From Gloeobacterales cyanobacterium (GTDB taxonomy: Bacteria; Cyanobacteriota; Cyanobacteriia; Gloeobacterales; PMM-0068), in NCBI GenBank assembly GCA_038245785.1, contig JBBRSB010000025.1, positions 11,543 to 75,542 on the forward strand: 64,000 nt of DNA. The letters run 5' to 3'. Made by a program: the position numbers and the translations under genes. Of this stretch, positions 39,736-50,429 are shown in pieces. Within the stretch, counting starts at the first letter, position 1. The number at the start of each line of letters is the position of its first letter. The notes under the pieces were generated by a model. That model was given only the letters and a program-made list of their open reading frames with translations, searched no databases and was not told the DNA's origin.

Positions 39736-41740
39736 TCAGGGTTTCTTGAGCACTTGGTTCGCGAAACCTGTAACCTTCCCATTAGGAATAAATCGTCGGT
39801 GTGTCACTTCTCCTTGATTGACAATCCACTCAAAGACGCCTTGCTTACCATTTAAGCCACCTTCAAGTTGGTAGAGTTCAGATTGTCCAACAACAACGCC
39901 GCCTGGCCCCTTGGTTGGTATGTTGAATTTTGTAGCATCCCCGACGTAGTTGTCTACCATATCAGGGAATGCATGATGGGGGTCGACTTTGGTGGCACTT
40001 CCAGTACGGGGAAGACCAAGAACACCGTTGTTAATCTCGGCTTCGAATAATCCTCCTGCACCATTCGCACCTAATCCTCCACCAGCAACTACTCCTCTAC
40101 CTATACCCAAACTTGCTGAAGTTAGCAGGACAGTGGCTGTGGTATCACTCGTGCAAGGAGTCCATAGCGCAGCAAACGTTCCACCCGTGTAACCGGCCAC
40201 TTGCTTGAAGGCGCCGTTCATGCCACCTTCACGCTCTCCCGCGATAATTAGATTGGCATAAGAACCTAGTGCACTCTGTCCGTAATCCTCACCCATAGGA
40301 ATTCCGAAGGCCTGTCCACTTGGGTCCGTATAGTTAATCGGATTATTGCCTACATACGCCTGTAGATTGCTATCTCCACCTCCAAACCCTAGAGGATCTT
40401 CAGCGATGAATCGCTTCTGGTCAGGACTATAGTAACGAGCCCGATAGTAGTAGTAACCTGTCCCATCATCTTCTCTGCCTGTGAAGGTGAAGGGATTACT
40501 ACTGCTACTTCCGGTAGTCTGTTTCTTACCAAAGGGACTGTAGTTATAGCTGGTCTTAATAGTCCCAGTGCCGTCCGCTAACCCAATGACACTTCCTAGA
40601 GCATCGGCAAGATAATATTCGTTCTGTCCAGATTTCCTCTCTAAAGGCTGATCGATTCCTGGACCAAAGGTATAGTCAGCCCCTGTTTCACTGATTAGGT
40701 CTGAACCATCATAGAGATAGGTCTTTTTCTGTCCATTGACTGTTTTGCTGGTCCTTCTACCCATCGCATCGTAGGTAAACGATGCAGTGAAATTAGGTCC
40801 TGATAGGGAGACCAATCGGTCCCTGGCATCCCAAACTGCATTATTAATGGTCTGGTTAGCATTGTCATCATGACTGATAGGCTTACCATTCCGAGTGGTG
40901 TATTGGTTGAGAGCATTGACAGTGGCTGCATCAGTTGCTGTATCCTTGGGAGCAGGAGCTGTATTTCCTGAATAAGCAGTCCGTCTATTAATCTCGTCAT
41001 AGCCATAAGTTAGGTCTCTGAGGACTTGAGAGCCTCTGCTGTACTTCATTCCCGTCAATCGATCAGCTGCATCGTAGCTGTATGCAGTACTAATCCCATT
41101 AGGCAGAGTCATCCCCGCTCTACGGTCCAGTTGGTCATAGCTAAAGCCAAAGGTTTCATTCCCCTCTGTAATCATGGTCAGTCGGTCATTATCGTCATAA
41201 GAGTAGTTCAGAGTTCTTTGATTATTGACATTCAGGCTGGTTCTACGGCCCAATACATCGTAGGAGTAGTTAACCGTTCCTCTAGGATTGGTCTCCTGAG
41301 TCAATCGGTCTAGACTGTCATAAGTAAAATTGTGCTGTCCTGCTTCTGGTGCTGTATCGTTCAAACTGATGAGGCGGTCTTCATCATCGTAGGTACTGGT
41401 GACTGCTTTTCCATCCGCATACGTGGTGGAAACTAAGCGGTCATTGGCATCATATTGATATGTTATGACCTGACCTTTGCGGTCTGTTGATTTAATCAGA
41501 TTGCTATTGGCATCATAGGCATAGCTTTCAACTTTACCTAAAGGATCTGTTTTTTTAATTAATCTATCTCTGCTGTCATAGTCATGTTGGGTGACATTCC
41601 CTTTAGGATCTGTAACAGAAAGTAAATTACTGTTTGCATCATAGGCATATTTAACTACTCTTCCTTCTGCAGAAGTTACCTGAGTCGTGCGGTCAAGGAT
41701 ATCGTATTGCACTTGAACAACATGATTTAGCGCATTGGTT
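39736..41740 (-). CDS. Orphan RHS core + C-terminal toxin (putative nuclease/RNase tip), 5'-truncated
   Basis: YD repeats, RARYY...DPLG...NPINYTDPSG, then the tip HHAFPDMVDNY...GVFEWIV...THRRFIP. Confidence 0.85.
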
Positions 41741-41773
41741 AATCGAAGCAACAAGGTTTGGCTTCGCCTCCGG

Positions 41774-41995
41774 CTAATCGCTAGCAATGGCAATCAGTAC
41801 GGTATCACCTTCTTCCATAATCCTTTCCTCTACAACAACCCGTGCCCCTGGGAGAAACTCCCATTCCTCATCTTCCGGATCATAGAATTCAGCACCACCT
41901 AGAACATAGACAGTAGGCGCAACTTGAAAGGCTGGAACGGGGCGATAAACTTGCACCCCCTCACCCAAAAGATGGACATAGACAGTATTGCTCAT
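41774..41995 (-). CDS. Putative immunity protein for the colicin E5-like tip
   Basis: Small acidic ORF (MSNTVYVHLLGEGVQVYRPV...EEWEFLPG) starting 7 nt after the toxin stop. Confidence 0.7.
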   Translation of the reverse strand: MSNTVYVHLLGEGVQVYRPVPAFQVAPTVYVLGGAEFYDPEDEEWEFLPGARVVVEERIMEEGDTVLIAIASD

Positions 41996-42002
41996 GACAG
42001 TC

Positions 42003-45000
42003 TTAGTACTTGAATCCGGGACCACCGACATGAATAACTTCCTTCGTAACATTATCACGCACTACTGATTGCCCTGTTTCAGGATGAACATAACGAGTCG
42101 CTGGATTCCCTTTGTTGACTTGGTTTGTAGCAGGAAAGCTCTTCCCTTTTTGGATAGCCTCAGAAATCTGTTCTCTAGTCCATCCGCGCTTTTGAAGTTG
42201 CCCTGCCCATTTCGCCTCGGATTTAAAAGATCCAAGTGTCCATGAGGCCTCTTTTGCAGCCATGATTCTGAGCACACCGCTAGAAGCTAGGGCAATACTT
42301 AAAGTAGCAGCCGTTTTATCGCTAGTGCAAGGAGTCCAAAGAGCTGCAAAAAAACCGCCTGCATAGCCTTCAGTTTGCTTAAGTGCTCCCTCTAATCCTC
42401 CTTCTCGTTTTCCCTCAATAATCCTAGCAGCATAACTATCTAAAGCACTTTTTCCATAGTCTTCGCCTGCATCAATCATTCCACCGAATAACAATCCTGA
42501 AGGGTCAGTAAAATCGATTGGATTGTTGCCTACATAAGCCTGAAGATTAGTATCGCCCCCACCGAATCCTAGAGGGTCTTCACTGATAAACCGCTTCTGC
42601 TCAGGACTGTAATACCGTGCCCGATAGAAGTAGTAACCATTGCCATCATCTTCTCTGCCTGTGAAAGCAAAAGGATTACTGCTTGTTACACCTGTGGTCT
42701 GTTTTTTTCCAAACGGACTGTAGTTATAGCTGGTCTTAATAGTCCCAGCGCCGTCTGCCAGCCCAATAACACTACCTAGAGCATCAGATAGGTAATATTC
42801 ATTTTGACCAGCTTTCCTCTCCAACGGCTCATCAATGCCAGGACCAAACGTATAATCAGCTCCTGTTTCACTGATTAGATCTGACCCGTCATAGAGATAG
42901 GTCTTCGTCTGCCCATTGACTGTTTTACTGGTCCTTCTACCCATCGCGTCGTAGGTAAATGAAGCAGTGAAATTGGGTCCACTCAAAGAAACTAATTGGT
43001 CTCTGGCATCCCAAACAGCATTGTTTATGGTCTGGTTCCCATTGGCATCATGGCTAATGGACTTCCCATTCAAACTGGTATAGCGATTGGAAGCATCCAC
43101 CGTAGCCGTATTCGTTGCCGTCTCTTGAGGCGCAGGAGCCGTATTGCCTGAATAGGAGGTTCTACGGTTAATCTCGTCATAGCCATAGACCAAATCCCTC
43201 AGGACTTGTGTTCCTTTGCTGTACATCATTCCCGTCAGTCGACCTGCCGCGTCATAGCTATAGGCGGTACTGATTCCATTGGGTAAAGTCATCCCCGCTC
43301 TACGGTCTATTTGGTCATAGCTGAAGCCAAAAGTCTCATTGCCTTCTGTAATCGCGGTCAGGCGGTCATTATCGTCATAAGAGTAGTTGAGGTTCCTCTG
43401 ATTATTGACTTTCAAACTAGTTCTACGGCCCAATACATCGTAGGAGTAGTTAACCGTGCCTCTAGAATTCGTTTCTTGAGTGAGTCTATCTAACGGGTCA
43501 TAGGTGAAATTGTGCTGTCCTGCTCCGGATGCTGTGTCATTCAGACTGATGAGGCGGTCTGCATCATCGTAGGTATTAGTGACTACTTTTCCATCCGCAT
43601 AGGTGGTGGAAACTAAGCGGTCATTGGCATCATATTGATAGGTGGTTGCTTGTCCTTTGCGGTCTGTCGATTTAATTAGATTGCTATTGGCATCGTAGGC
43701 ATAGGTTTCTACTTTACCCAAAGGATCTGTTTGTTTGATTAATCTATCTCGGCTGTCATAGTCATATCGGGTGATATTTCCCTTGGGGTCGGTAACAGAA
43801 AGAAGATTACTGTTGGCATCATAGGCATACTTAACAACTCTTCCCTCAGCAGAAGTTACCTGTGTCGTGCGGTCGAGAATATCGTATTGAACCTGAACCA
43901 CATGATTGAGCGCATTGGTCGTCTTGGCCATCCGATTGAGGATGTCATAGGTCATATTCGTACTATGACCCAGGGCATCGGTCGTTTTGATGACATTTCC
44001 TCGGTCATCATAGGTCAGGGTGCTGGTTTCATTTCGAGCATTGGTGATGCTCGCAACCTGCCCAAATGAGTCATAAACTAGCCTGGTGATTTTGCCCAAC
44101 GGGTCTTTCAGTGCAGTGGGATTCCCTTTGGCATCATAAGTAATTGTGCTGGTCTTCCCTAAAGCATCTGTTACCGATGTTGGCAGATTAAAGTTTGGCT
44201 CATAGGTAAGCTTGGTGATACTGCCATCGGATGCTTTGATCTGAGTTAAATTTTCTTTAGCATCAAAAGTCGGTACTGTTACTCTGCCCAAGCGGTCGGT
44301 AATGCTGTTGACTCGATTGGTCCCTAAGGTTCGATTCGTTAAACTTCCATTCCCCAAACCATCGGTTGAGATGGAAGTATACAATCCACTATCGACCCGA
44401 ATAGTAGTGCTATTCCCATTGGGCATGATCACTTTTGTAGAAGCAATTCCACCTTTAGGAACAGAAGGATTAATCAAGTTGTAGATGAATTGCATCGTAC
44501 TCCCATCGGCATATTGCTCCTGGGTAATACGGTTATTGGTATCATAGGTTCGACTGGCTTCTACAATTCCTCGTCTATTGGTTGTTGTCAGTAATTGATT
44601 AGCAGCATCGTAGGTGTAGCGCATGGTCTGACCAAGGGGTCCGTCACTGTCACCAATCGTCCCGCAGCATCATACTCATAGCTGACTGAACGTCCTCCCT
44701 GGTCGGTGATTTTGCTAATTCTCCCTGTGTTCGGGTCTGCATCAACCGTCAATTGCCCAGAAGCAGAACTGATAGAAGTGATCGCATTCGCACGTCCAGT
44801 CCGGCTGATGGCGATGGCATTCCCATTGCGGTCGGTGATTTTGGACAAGTTATAAATCGGCACTAAGTTTAGTGAAGCGATCGTAGGTTCGAAGGCCATC
44901 TCTGCACCATTCTTCGACCTCAGAACATAATTTGTGCCATTTTTAGTGAGCACTGCCCCCCGATAGTTTGGATCATCTTCATTGGCATATTGGGTGGTTG

Positions 45001-45781
45001 AGCCAGTAATAATCGGGAATCTGGTCCGATAGTTATTCGGCTGTATTAATTCAACCAATTGCGGGGAGGTCTCTTGCAGAAGTAGTTCGAAGTTATGAGC
45101 GGAACCAATGCCAAAGGGTCCTTGACGGTTATCATTGCTTCGATAAGTACGGGTAATCGAAAAAGGGACTCTGCCGCCGATAACCCCAAAATCTGTATGC
45201 TGATACTTCTCGGTGCCGCTGGCAGTATCTACAGCTTTCCCACAGGGAGGACAACCCCCATTGGGAGATTGGGAATCAGCAGGCTTATTCGGTGAAGGGA
45301 AGTGCCAGGAAAAAGCTGGCAAGCCATAGGGTTTACCCGTCGCGGGATCAATATCGGGCTTAATCTGTCTGCCATCAGCGGTTACGGTACCGGTTCCGTA
45401 GGGAATAAACTGACCCGATTCCGTATCGTGGTCTGCCCGATACAGCGTTATTTTGTCCCCAGGCTTGGATTCCTTGAACAGATTCGGATACGTAATTTGG
45501 ACAGGCTCACTCAAAATCGCATCAGCAGGCTGAATCGAAAGTAACTGTATCGGAGCTACGCCTGTAGGAAAAGGCATCGGAGATCTATCAGGCGTCACCG
45601 TGCTAATCGTCATTTGGGTGACAGGAGTGCCATCCGGACGGGTAATCTTTAAGCCTGCGGGAAGCGTGACCAGCAACCCTGGAGCACTCGTAGTCGTAAG
45701 CGGGATGTCCTGAGTAATAGTGGCAGGAATTGTCTTCTTTCCCGTTGGATCATTGGCGGTCACATAGACCGGAAAAGGCAA
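42003..45781 (-). pseudogene. 5'-truncated, frameshifted RHS gene with a colicin E5-like RNase tip
   Basis: ORFs 44588..45781 and 42003..44624 join if one G is restored near 44632 (TDPLGQTMRYTYD). Contains a DUF6531-like motif, NPIDFTDPSG, and the tip QLQKRGWT...ATRYVHPETGQSVVRD...EVIHV. Confidence 0.85.
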
Positions 45782-45806
45782 TTCATTCGCTTTATTCGCG
45801 ACAATC

Positions 45807-46175
45807 TCAGCTGGTCAACCAAGCCTCAGCATGGTGTAGCGACTTCGTACCTAGAAAGGGTGTCATCCGCTTCCATAGCCCTTCGTCTCGCGCGGTGCGG
45901 GTCACTAAGGCTTCTATCAGGCCTGTTGCAACCGCCGTTACCAAACCCGAATCGCCACCCTCCATCGCTTCCTCAATCAACGAGAACACTTGGCGGTTGG
46001 TATTCCCGTCGGCATTATCAAAGTCCTCAGCGATTCGATCGCCAAGGGCTGCAAACAGCGTCGTGACAGGCGGCTCCTCAGGAGACCACTCGTCAAGAAC
46101 TTCCTGATGAGTAGCTCGCACTCCGACAGAGATCGCAGCAAGCGAACCTAAAAAATCTTCACAACGCATCTTCAT
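45807..46175 (-). CDS. Putative immunity protein
   Basis: Acidic 122-aa ORF whose start overlaps the toxin-tip stop (TAATG). Confidence 0.7.
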   Translation of the reverse strand: MKMRCEDFLGSLAAISVGVRATHQEVLDEWSPEEPPVTTLFAALGDRIAEDFDNADGNTNRQVFSLIEEAMEGGDSGLVTAVATGLIEALVTRTARDEGLWKRMTPFLGTKSLHHAEAWLTS

Positions 46176-46645
46176 TACCGTCCTTGCAGCGCATTACTCA
46201 TGTCTCTGATGACGTTTTCGGCCGCTGCTCGATCACCAGGACGGGCTGTCGGATTTTTGGTCAACCATTTCTCAAGTGACCGAATACCGTCTGCTGCCTT
46301 TTGAGAATGGAAGGCTCCGCCCACAGGTTGACCAGTCGTAAGCTCTTGTCTAACCGCAGCTGCAGTACTGCCACTACCAACGGAAGTGTTCGGTCGATAA
46401 AGTGGGTCAATAAGCTTTGCCAAAGCAGAATCAGAGATTGCGGGCTTGCTCATCGCCGCGCGTAGTCCATCTTTATAGGCTTCATGAGCAGCAATGTTCG
46501 CCGCTCCCCCCTCTGCGGCCTCACCTAGTCCTACTGCACCCTCAGTAGCAGCAAGTCCTCCTGCACCTAACCCTATTGTAAGTGCTACCGCTAACGTTGC
46601 TCCACCTGCGGCGGCCAAACCCACTTCTCCCCAGTGAATGCAATC
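46175..46645 (-). pseudogene. Orphan toxin tip with pre-toxin linker only (no RHS core)
   Basis: Begins CIHWGEVGLAAAGGATLAV, nearly identical in DNA to 48635-48719. Tip reads LYRPNTSVGSGSTAAAVRQE...HSQKA. Confidence 0.75.
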
Positions 46646-46925
46646 GCAATACAGGTAATTAGTTTAAGCATGTCCACGACGCCCTTGGCGAACCTGTGAC
46701 GCCGCCCGATCCGCCCAAGCTGCCTATCGGGTTTGTCACGCCCGAAGATAATAGCAAGAAGGCGTAAGAGTTGAACTCGGCGCCTGTTGGCCCCATGCCT
46801 GTGCTGAGAGCAAAAGGCAAGACCTTGCACCAACTCCGTTGAACAAGAAGGACATCGAGTTGATCTAGGTGTTAAGGTAGACGGCTGGAAGCTGCGACGC
46901 CTGCCCTGCGCCAGGGTCCGTGTGA

Positions 46926-47144
46926 CTACAACCAATCGATAGACCAACCTGATTCGGCGAAGTATTGGGAGAGCGAATCCTTGTTCTCGACCCAGTTGTC
47001 AAAACTACCGCGCATGTCGGGCTCTGCAGCAGTCAGAATCAAATACCCACCCGTACTCTCTGCATCGTCGATCACCTTGACATAGGTGCCGATTTCATCA
47101 CCCGCTATAATCCGGCCGACCTGGCCGATCCTAATTTCCATCAT
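46926..47144 (-). CDS. Putative immunity protein (72 aa)
   Basis: MMEIRIGQVGRIIAGDEIG...DDAESTGGYLIL...FDNWVE...W. Follows a toxin-tip remnant. Confidence 0.7.
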   Translation of the reverse strand: MMEIRIGQVGRIIAGDEIGTYVKVIDDAESTGGYLILTAAEPDMRGSFDNWVENKDSLSQYFAESGWSIDWL

Positions 47145-47148
47145 GCCC

Positions 47149-47336
47149 TCAGTCCAAGAACGGAATATGGTTGTTGACCGTCGGCTTTCTCGCCCCTGGC
47201 TTGTGGATCTCCAGGTGTCCATGTGGAACATCAGGTGAGTGATTGCCTGAGAGCGAGTTGTTGTCGATGCGGAACTGGCAAGTTCCATCGGCGCTGCGGA
47301 CTACACCGCTACCGGGTTTACAGATTTCCCTGCCCG
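47149..47336 (-). pseudogene. Toxin-tip remnant
   Basis: Manual translation gives GREICKPGSGVVRSADGTCQFRIDNNSLSGNHSPDVPHGHLEIHKPGARKPTVNNHIPFLD*. Not in the ORF track. Confidence 0.6.
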
Positions 47337-47361
47337 CGAAGACCTCACAACAGCCAAGACA

Positions 47362-47799
47362 TCACCCCTCAGCAACAACAAGGCGCTCAATAACTGCCTT
47401 AGCTTCGGTTGGGAAGATCACTCGAAGTTCGTGATCGACGTATTTCCACTCAGGCGGAGGTTCGGCAGCATCCGGTCTGACACTCTCTGCCCAATCGGCG
47501 AGAGCCGTTTGGAGTATCTCCAAATAGGTCCGGCACTCCGTTGGGTTGTAACGCAGAGGAAGGTCACCGTGCACAACCATCACTCTCCTATTGCTTATCC
47601 AACTGAGGTCACGCAGGCAGTCGAGTAGTGCATCCCAGTTGCCACCAAAGTAGTCAGGAAACTGCCCAGCGCCCGCCCATGCCGTAAGCAATTCAGCTTC
47701 GGAGCGAATTCCAGTGGGAACCCTCAGGACGAAGTCTTCTTGCCTGCACACGGCATCGGGCGGTGCTGCATATTCGAAGGTCTTCTCGGTAGTCGTCAT
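47362..47799 (-). CDS. Barstar-family immunity protein
   Basis: FPDYFGGNWDALLDCLRDLSW. Confidence 0.9.
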   Translation of the reverse strand: MTTTEKTFEYAAPPDAVCRQEDFVLRVPTGIRSEAELLTAWAGAGQFPDYFGGNWDALLDCLRDLSWISNRRVMVVHGDLPLRYNPTECRTYLEILQTALADWAESVRPDAAEPPPEWKYVDHELRVIFPTEAKAVIERLVVAEG

Positions 47800-47810
47800 C
47801 TTTGCTCCGC

Positions 47811-47927
47811 CTAGGGGTTCACGCGAATGAATGAGCCGTAGTGATCCGGCGTGTAGAAGATTTCTCCATATTGTCCAGTCATGATGCGTTGATGACCCGG
47901 TCCTTTCACACCAGGAGGCGGATGCAC
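47811..47927 (-). pseudogene. Barnase/RNase Sa-like toxin C-terminal remnant
   Basis: Manual translation gives VHPPPGVKGPGHQRIMTGQYGEIFYTPDHYGSFIRVNP*, directly upstream of barstar. Confidence 0.8.
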
Positions 47928-47975
47928 TTACTTCCTGCAGTACCTGCCCGGCTACTGTAGCAGCGGGCCCTCTTT

Positions 47976-48287
47976 TCAGGTGCCGCTAGTCAATCGGCCT
48001 ATAGCTAAGACACGAAACCCACTAAGCAATTCTATAAGCTCTCCTTCTCGAATCCATATTGCTGGTAAAGGATCTTCCGAAATCAAATTACAAGTAGCGT
48101 TTCCCTGATTGGTCTTAGGGTCAAAGCTAAACGTCGTCCACTGAACATCTCTAGCACACTGCAAGAATTCAGCTAAATATCTTTGCCAGCGAATTGTTGT
48201 ACGCATACCTTCATATGGTTCTGAACCATGACCACCCAAAGAACTAGGTATCCAAATAAAATCAAACTGCAACTTTGTATTCATCAT
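47976..48287 (-). CDS. Putative immunity protein
   Basis: 103-aa ORF starting 6 nt after the toxin stop. Confidence 0.7.
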   Translation of the reverse strand: MMNTKLQFDFIWIPSSLGGHGSEPYEGMRTTIRWQRYLAEFLQCARDVQWTTFSFDPKTNQGNATCNLISEDPLPAIWIREGELIELLSGFRVLAIGRLTSGT

Positions 48288-48293
48288 TTGCCC

Positions 48294-50062
48294 TTATTTC
48301 AACAGATGCAAATCTTCACACGCGACACAAAACCCAGGGCCAATATCGTCGATATTCGAGTGTTGGTAACTTCGATAATATACATCTTTAGGCACTTTGG
48401 CTTTAACAACGTCATCCAAATCAGGATAACGTTGCCTGAATTTTTCAGCTCCCTCCTGTGTTTCAAAGAACCACTTGTCCTGCATTGAGCGACCATTAGG
48501 ATCAGGTCGATACCCGTGATTCGCTATGTCGTTAGCTTCAGCTTTCGATACCGCTCGATAACCATCTACAATATCTCCTACCTTTGCAGCCTTACCTAAT
48601 CCTCCTGCACCCTCAGTAACAGTAGCAGCTCTTACTGCACCTAACCCTGTTGTAACTGCTACCGCTAACGTTGCTCCAGCTGCGGCGGCCAAACCCACTT
48701 CTCCCCAGTGAATGCAATCAAACCTGCCACCGTTCCTGTGGAGCTGCCACACTCCATCGATTAAAGCACCGGCTGCAGCACCCCCGAGAAGCGGAGCCCA
48801 AATCTCACCACTAGGATCGGTGCGACTAATCGGATTATTCCCGACATAAGCTTGTAGGTTGGTATCGCCCCCACCAAATCCTAGTGGGTCTTCAGAAATA
48901 AACCGCTTTTGGTCAGGACTGTAATATCTTGCCCGATAGAAGTAATAGCCATTGCCATCATCTTCCCGACCTGTGAAAGCAAAGGGATTACCGCTTGTAG
49001 TTCCAGTGGTCTGTTTTTTACCGAAAGGACTGTAGTTATAGCTAGTCTTGATAACGCCAGTGGGGTCGGTCAGACCAATAATACTGCCCAAAGCATCCGA
49101 CAGATAATACTCGTTCTGACTAGATTTCCTTTCTAAGGGCTGGTCAATTCCAGGACCAAAAGTATAATCAGCTCCTGTCTCACTGATAAGGTCATCACCG
49201 TCATAGAGATAGGTTTTAGTTTGTCCATTGACCGTTTTACTGGTTCTGCGACCCATCACATCGTAGGTAAAGGAAGCTGTAAACCCAGGACCACTCAAAG
49301 AAACCAATCGGTCCCTAGCATCCCAAACCGCATTATTGATTTTCTGGTTACCATTCTCATCATGGCTAATCAACTTTCCATTCAAACTGGTATAGCGATT
49401 GGAAGCATCGACGGTAGTCGTATTCGTTGCCGTCTCTTGCGGTTCAGGAGCGGTATTGCCTGAATAGGAGGTTCTACGGTTTATCTCGTCATAGCCGTAG
49501 ACCAAATCTCTGAGGACAGTGCTGCCTTTGCTATACTTCATCTCCGTCAAACGACCCGCCGCATCGTAGTTATAGGCTGCACTGACCCCGTTGGGTAAAG
49601 TCATTCCCGTTCTACGGTCTAAAGCATCATAATTAAATCCAAATGTCTCAGAACCTTCTGTGATTGCTGTCAAGCGGTCATTATCGTCATAAGAGTAGTT
49701 CAGAGTTCTCTGGTTATTTACCTTCAGGCTGGTTCTACGACCCAATATATCGTAGGCGTAGTTAACCGTTCCTCTAGGATTTGTCTCTTGAGTCAATCGG
49801 TCTAGGATGTCATAAGTAAAATTATGCTGGCCAGCTCCAGGTGCCGTATCATTCAAACTAATGAGGCGGTCTTCATCATCATAAGTATTGCTGACCACTT
49901 TTCCATCAGCATAAGTATTGCTGACTAATCTATCGTTCGCATCATATTGATAGGTCGTTACCTGTCCTTTACGGTCATAGTCATAGCGAGTCACATTGCC
50001 CGCTGGGTCTGTTACAGAAAGCAGATTGCTATTGGCAGCATAGGCATACTTGGTGACTCTCC
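48294..50062 (-). CDS. Orphan RHS core + C-terminal toxin (ART-fold-like tip possible), 5'-truncated
   Basis: The core starts immediately after the upstream immunity stop. NPISRTDPSG, then the tip YRAVSKAEANDI...KWFFET. Confidence 0.82.
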
Positions 50063-50063
50063 C

Positions 50064-50429
50064 TTAAGCCTCATCATAAAGTTTGAAAGATATATTAATT
50101 ATATTCATTAACTGAACTTCATAAATCCGTAGAAAGCTTTTCCCCTCATTAAATAAGATACCCATTTCAAAGCTATCTAACTTTTCATCGATTTCATCAA
50201 CAATACTAAAAACACCATCATTTATAGTTTCTTCCAAAAAAGAAAATATTTCTCTTAAATCATTAGGCAGATCATCAAATGTTAAATCACCTTGATATCG
50301 GGAGTTGGACAGTTCACTAACTAAAATTCTTCCAAAAAGCTTACCTTGGCTGCCAACTAATGAAATCTCTTGCCCAATGATCCTATTCTTATCAGGCTTT
50401 TCATGAAATGTACTCATTTCAATGTCCAT
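50064..50429 (-). CDS. Cognate immunity protein of the full-length RHS toxin
   Basis: Acidic, AT-rich ORF overlapping the RHS stop codon. Confidence 0.75.
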   Translation of the reverse strand: MDIEMSTFHEKPDKNRIIGQEISLVGSQGKLFGRILVSELSNSRYQGDLTFDDLPNDLREIFSFLEETINDGVFSIVDEIDEKLDSFEMGILFNEGKSFLRIYEVQLMNIINISFKLYDEA

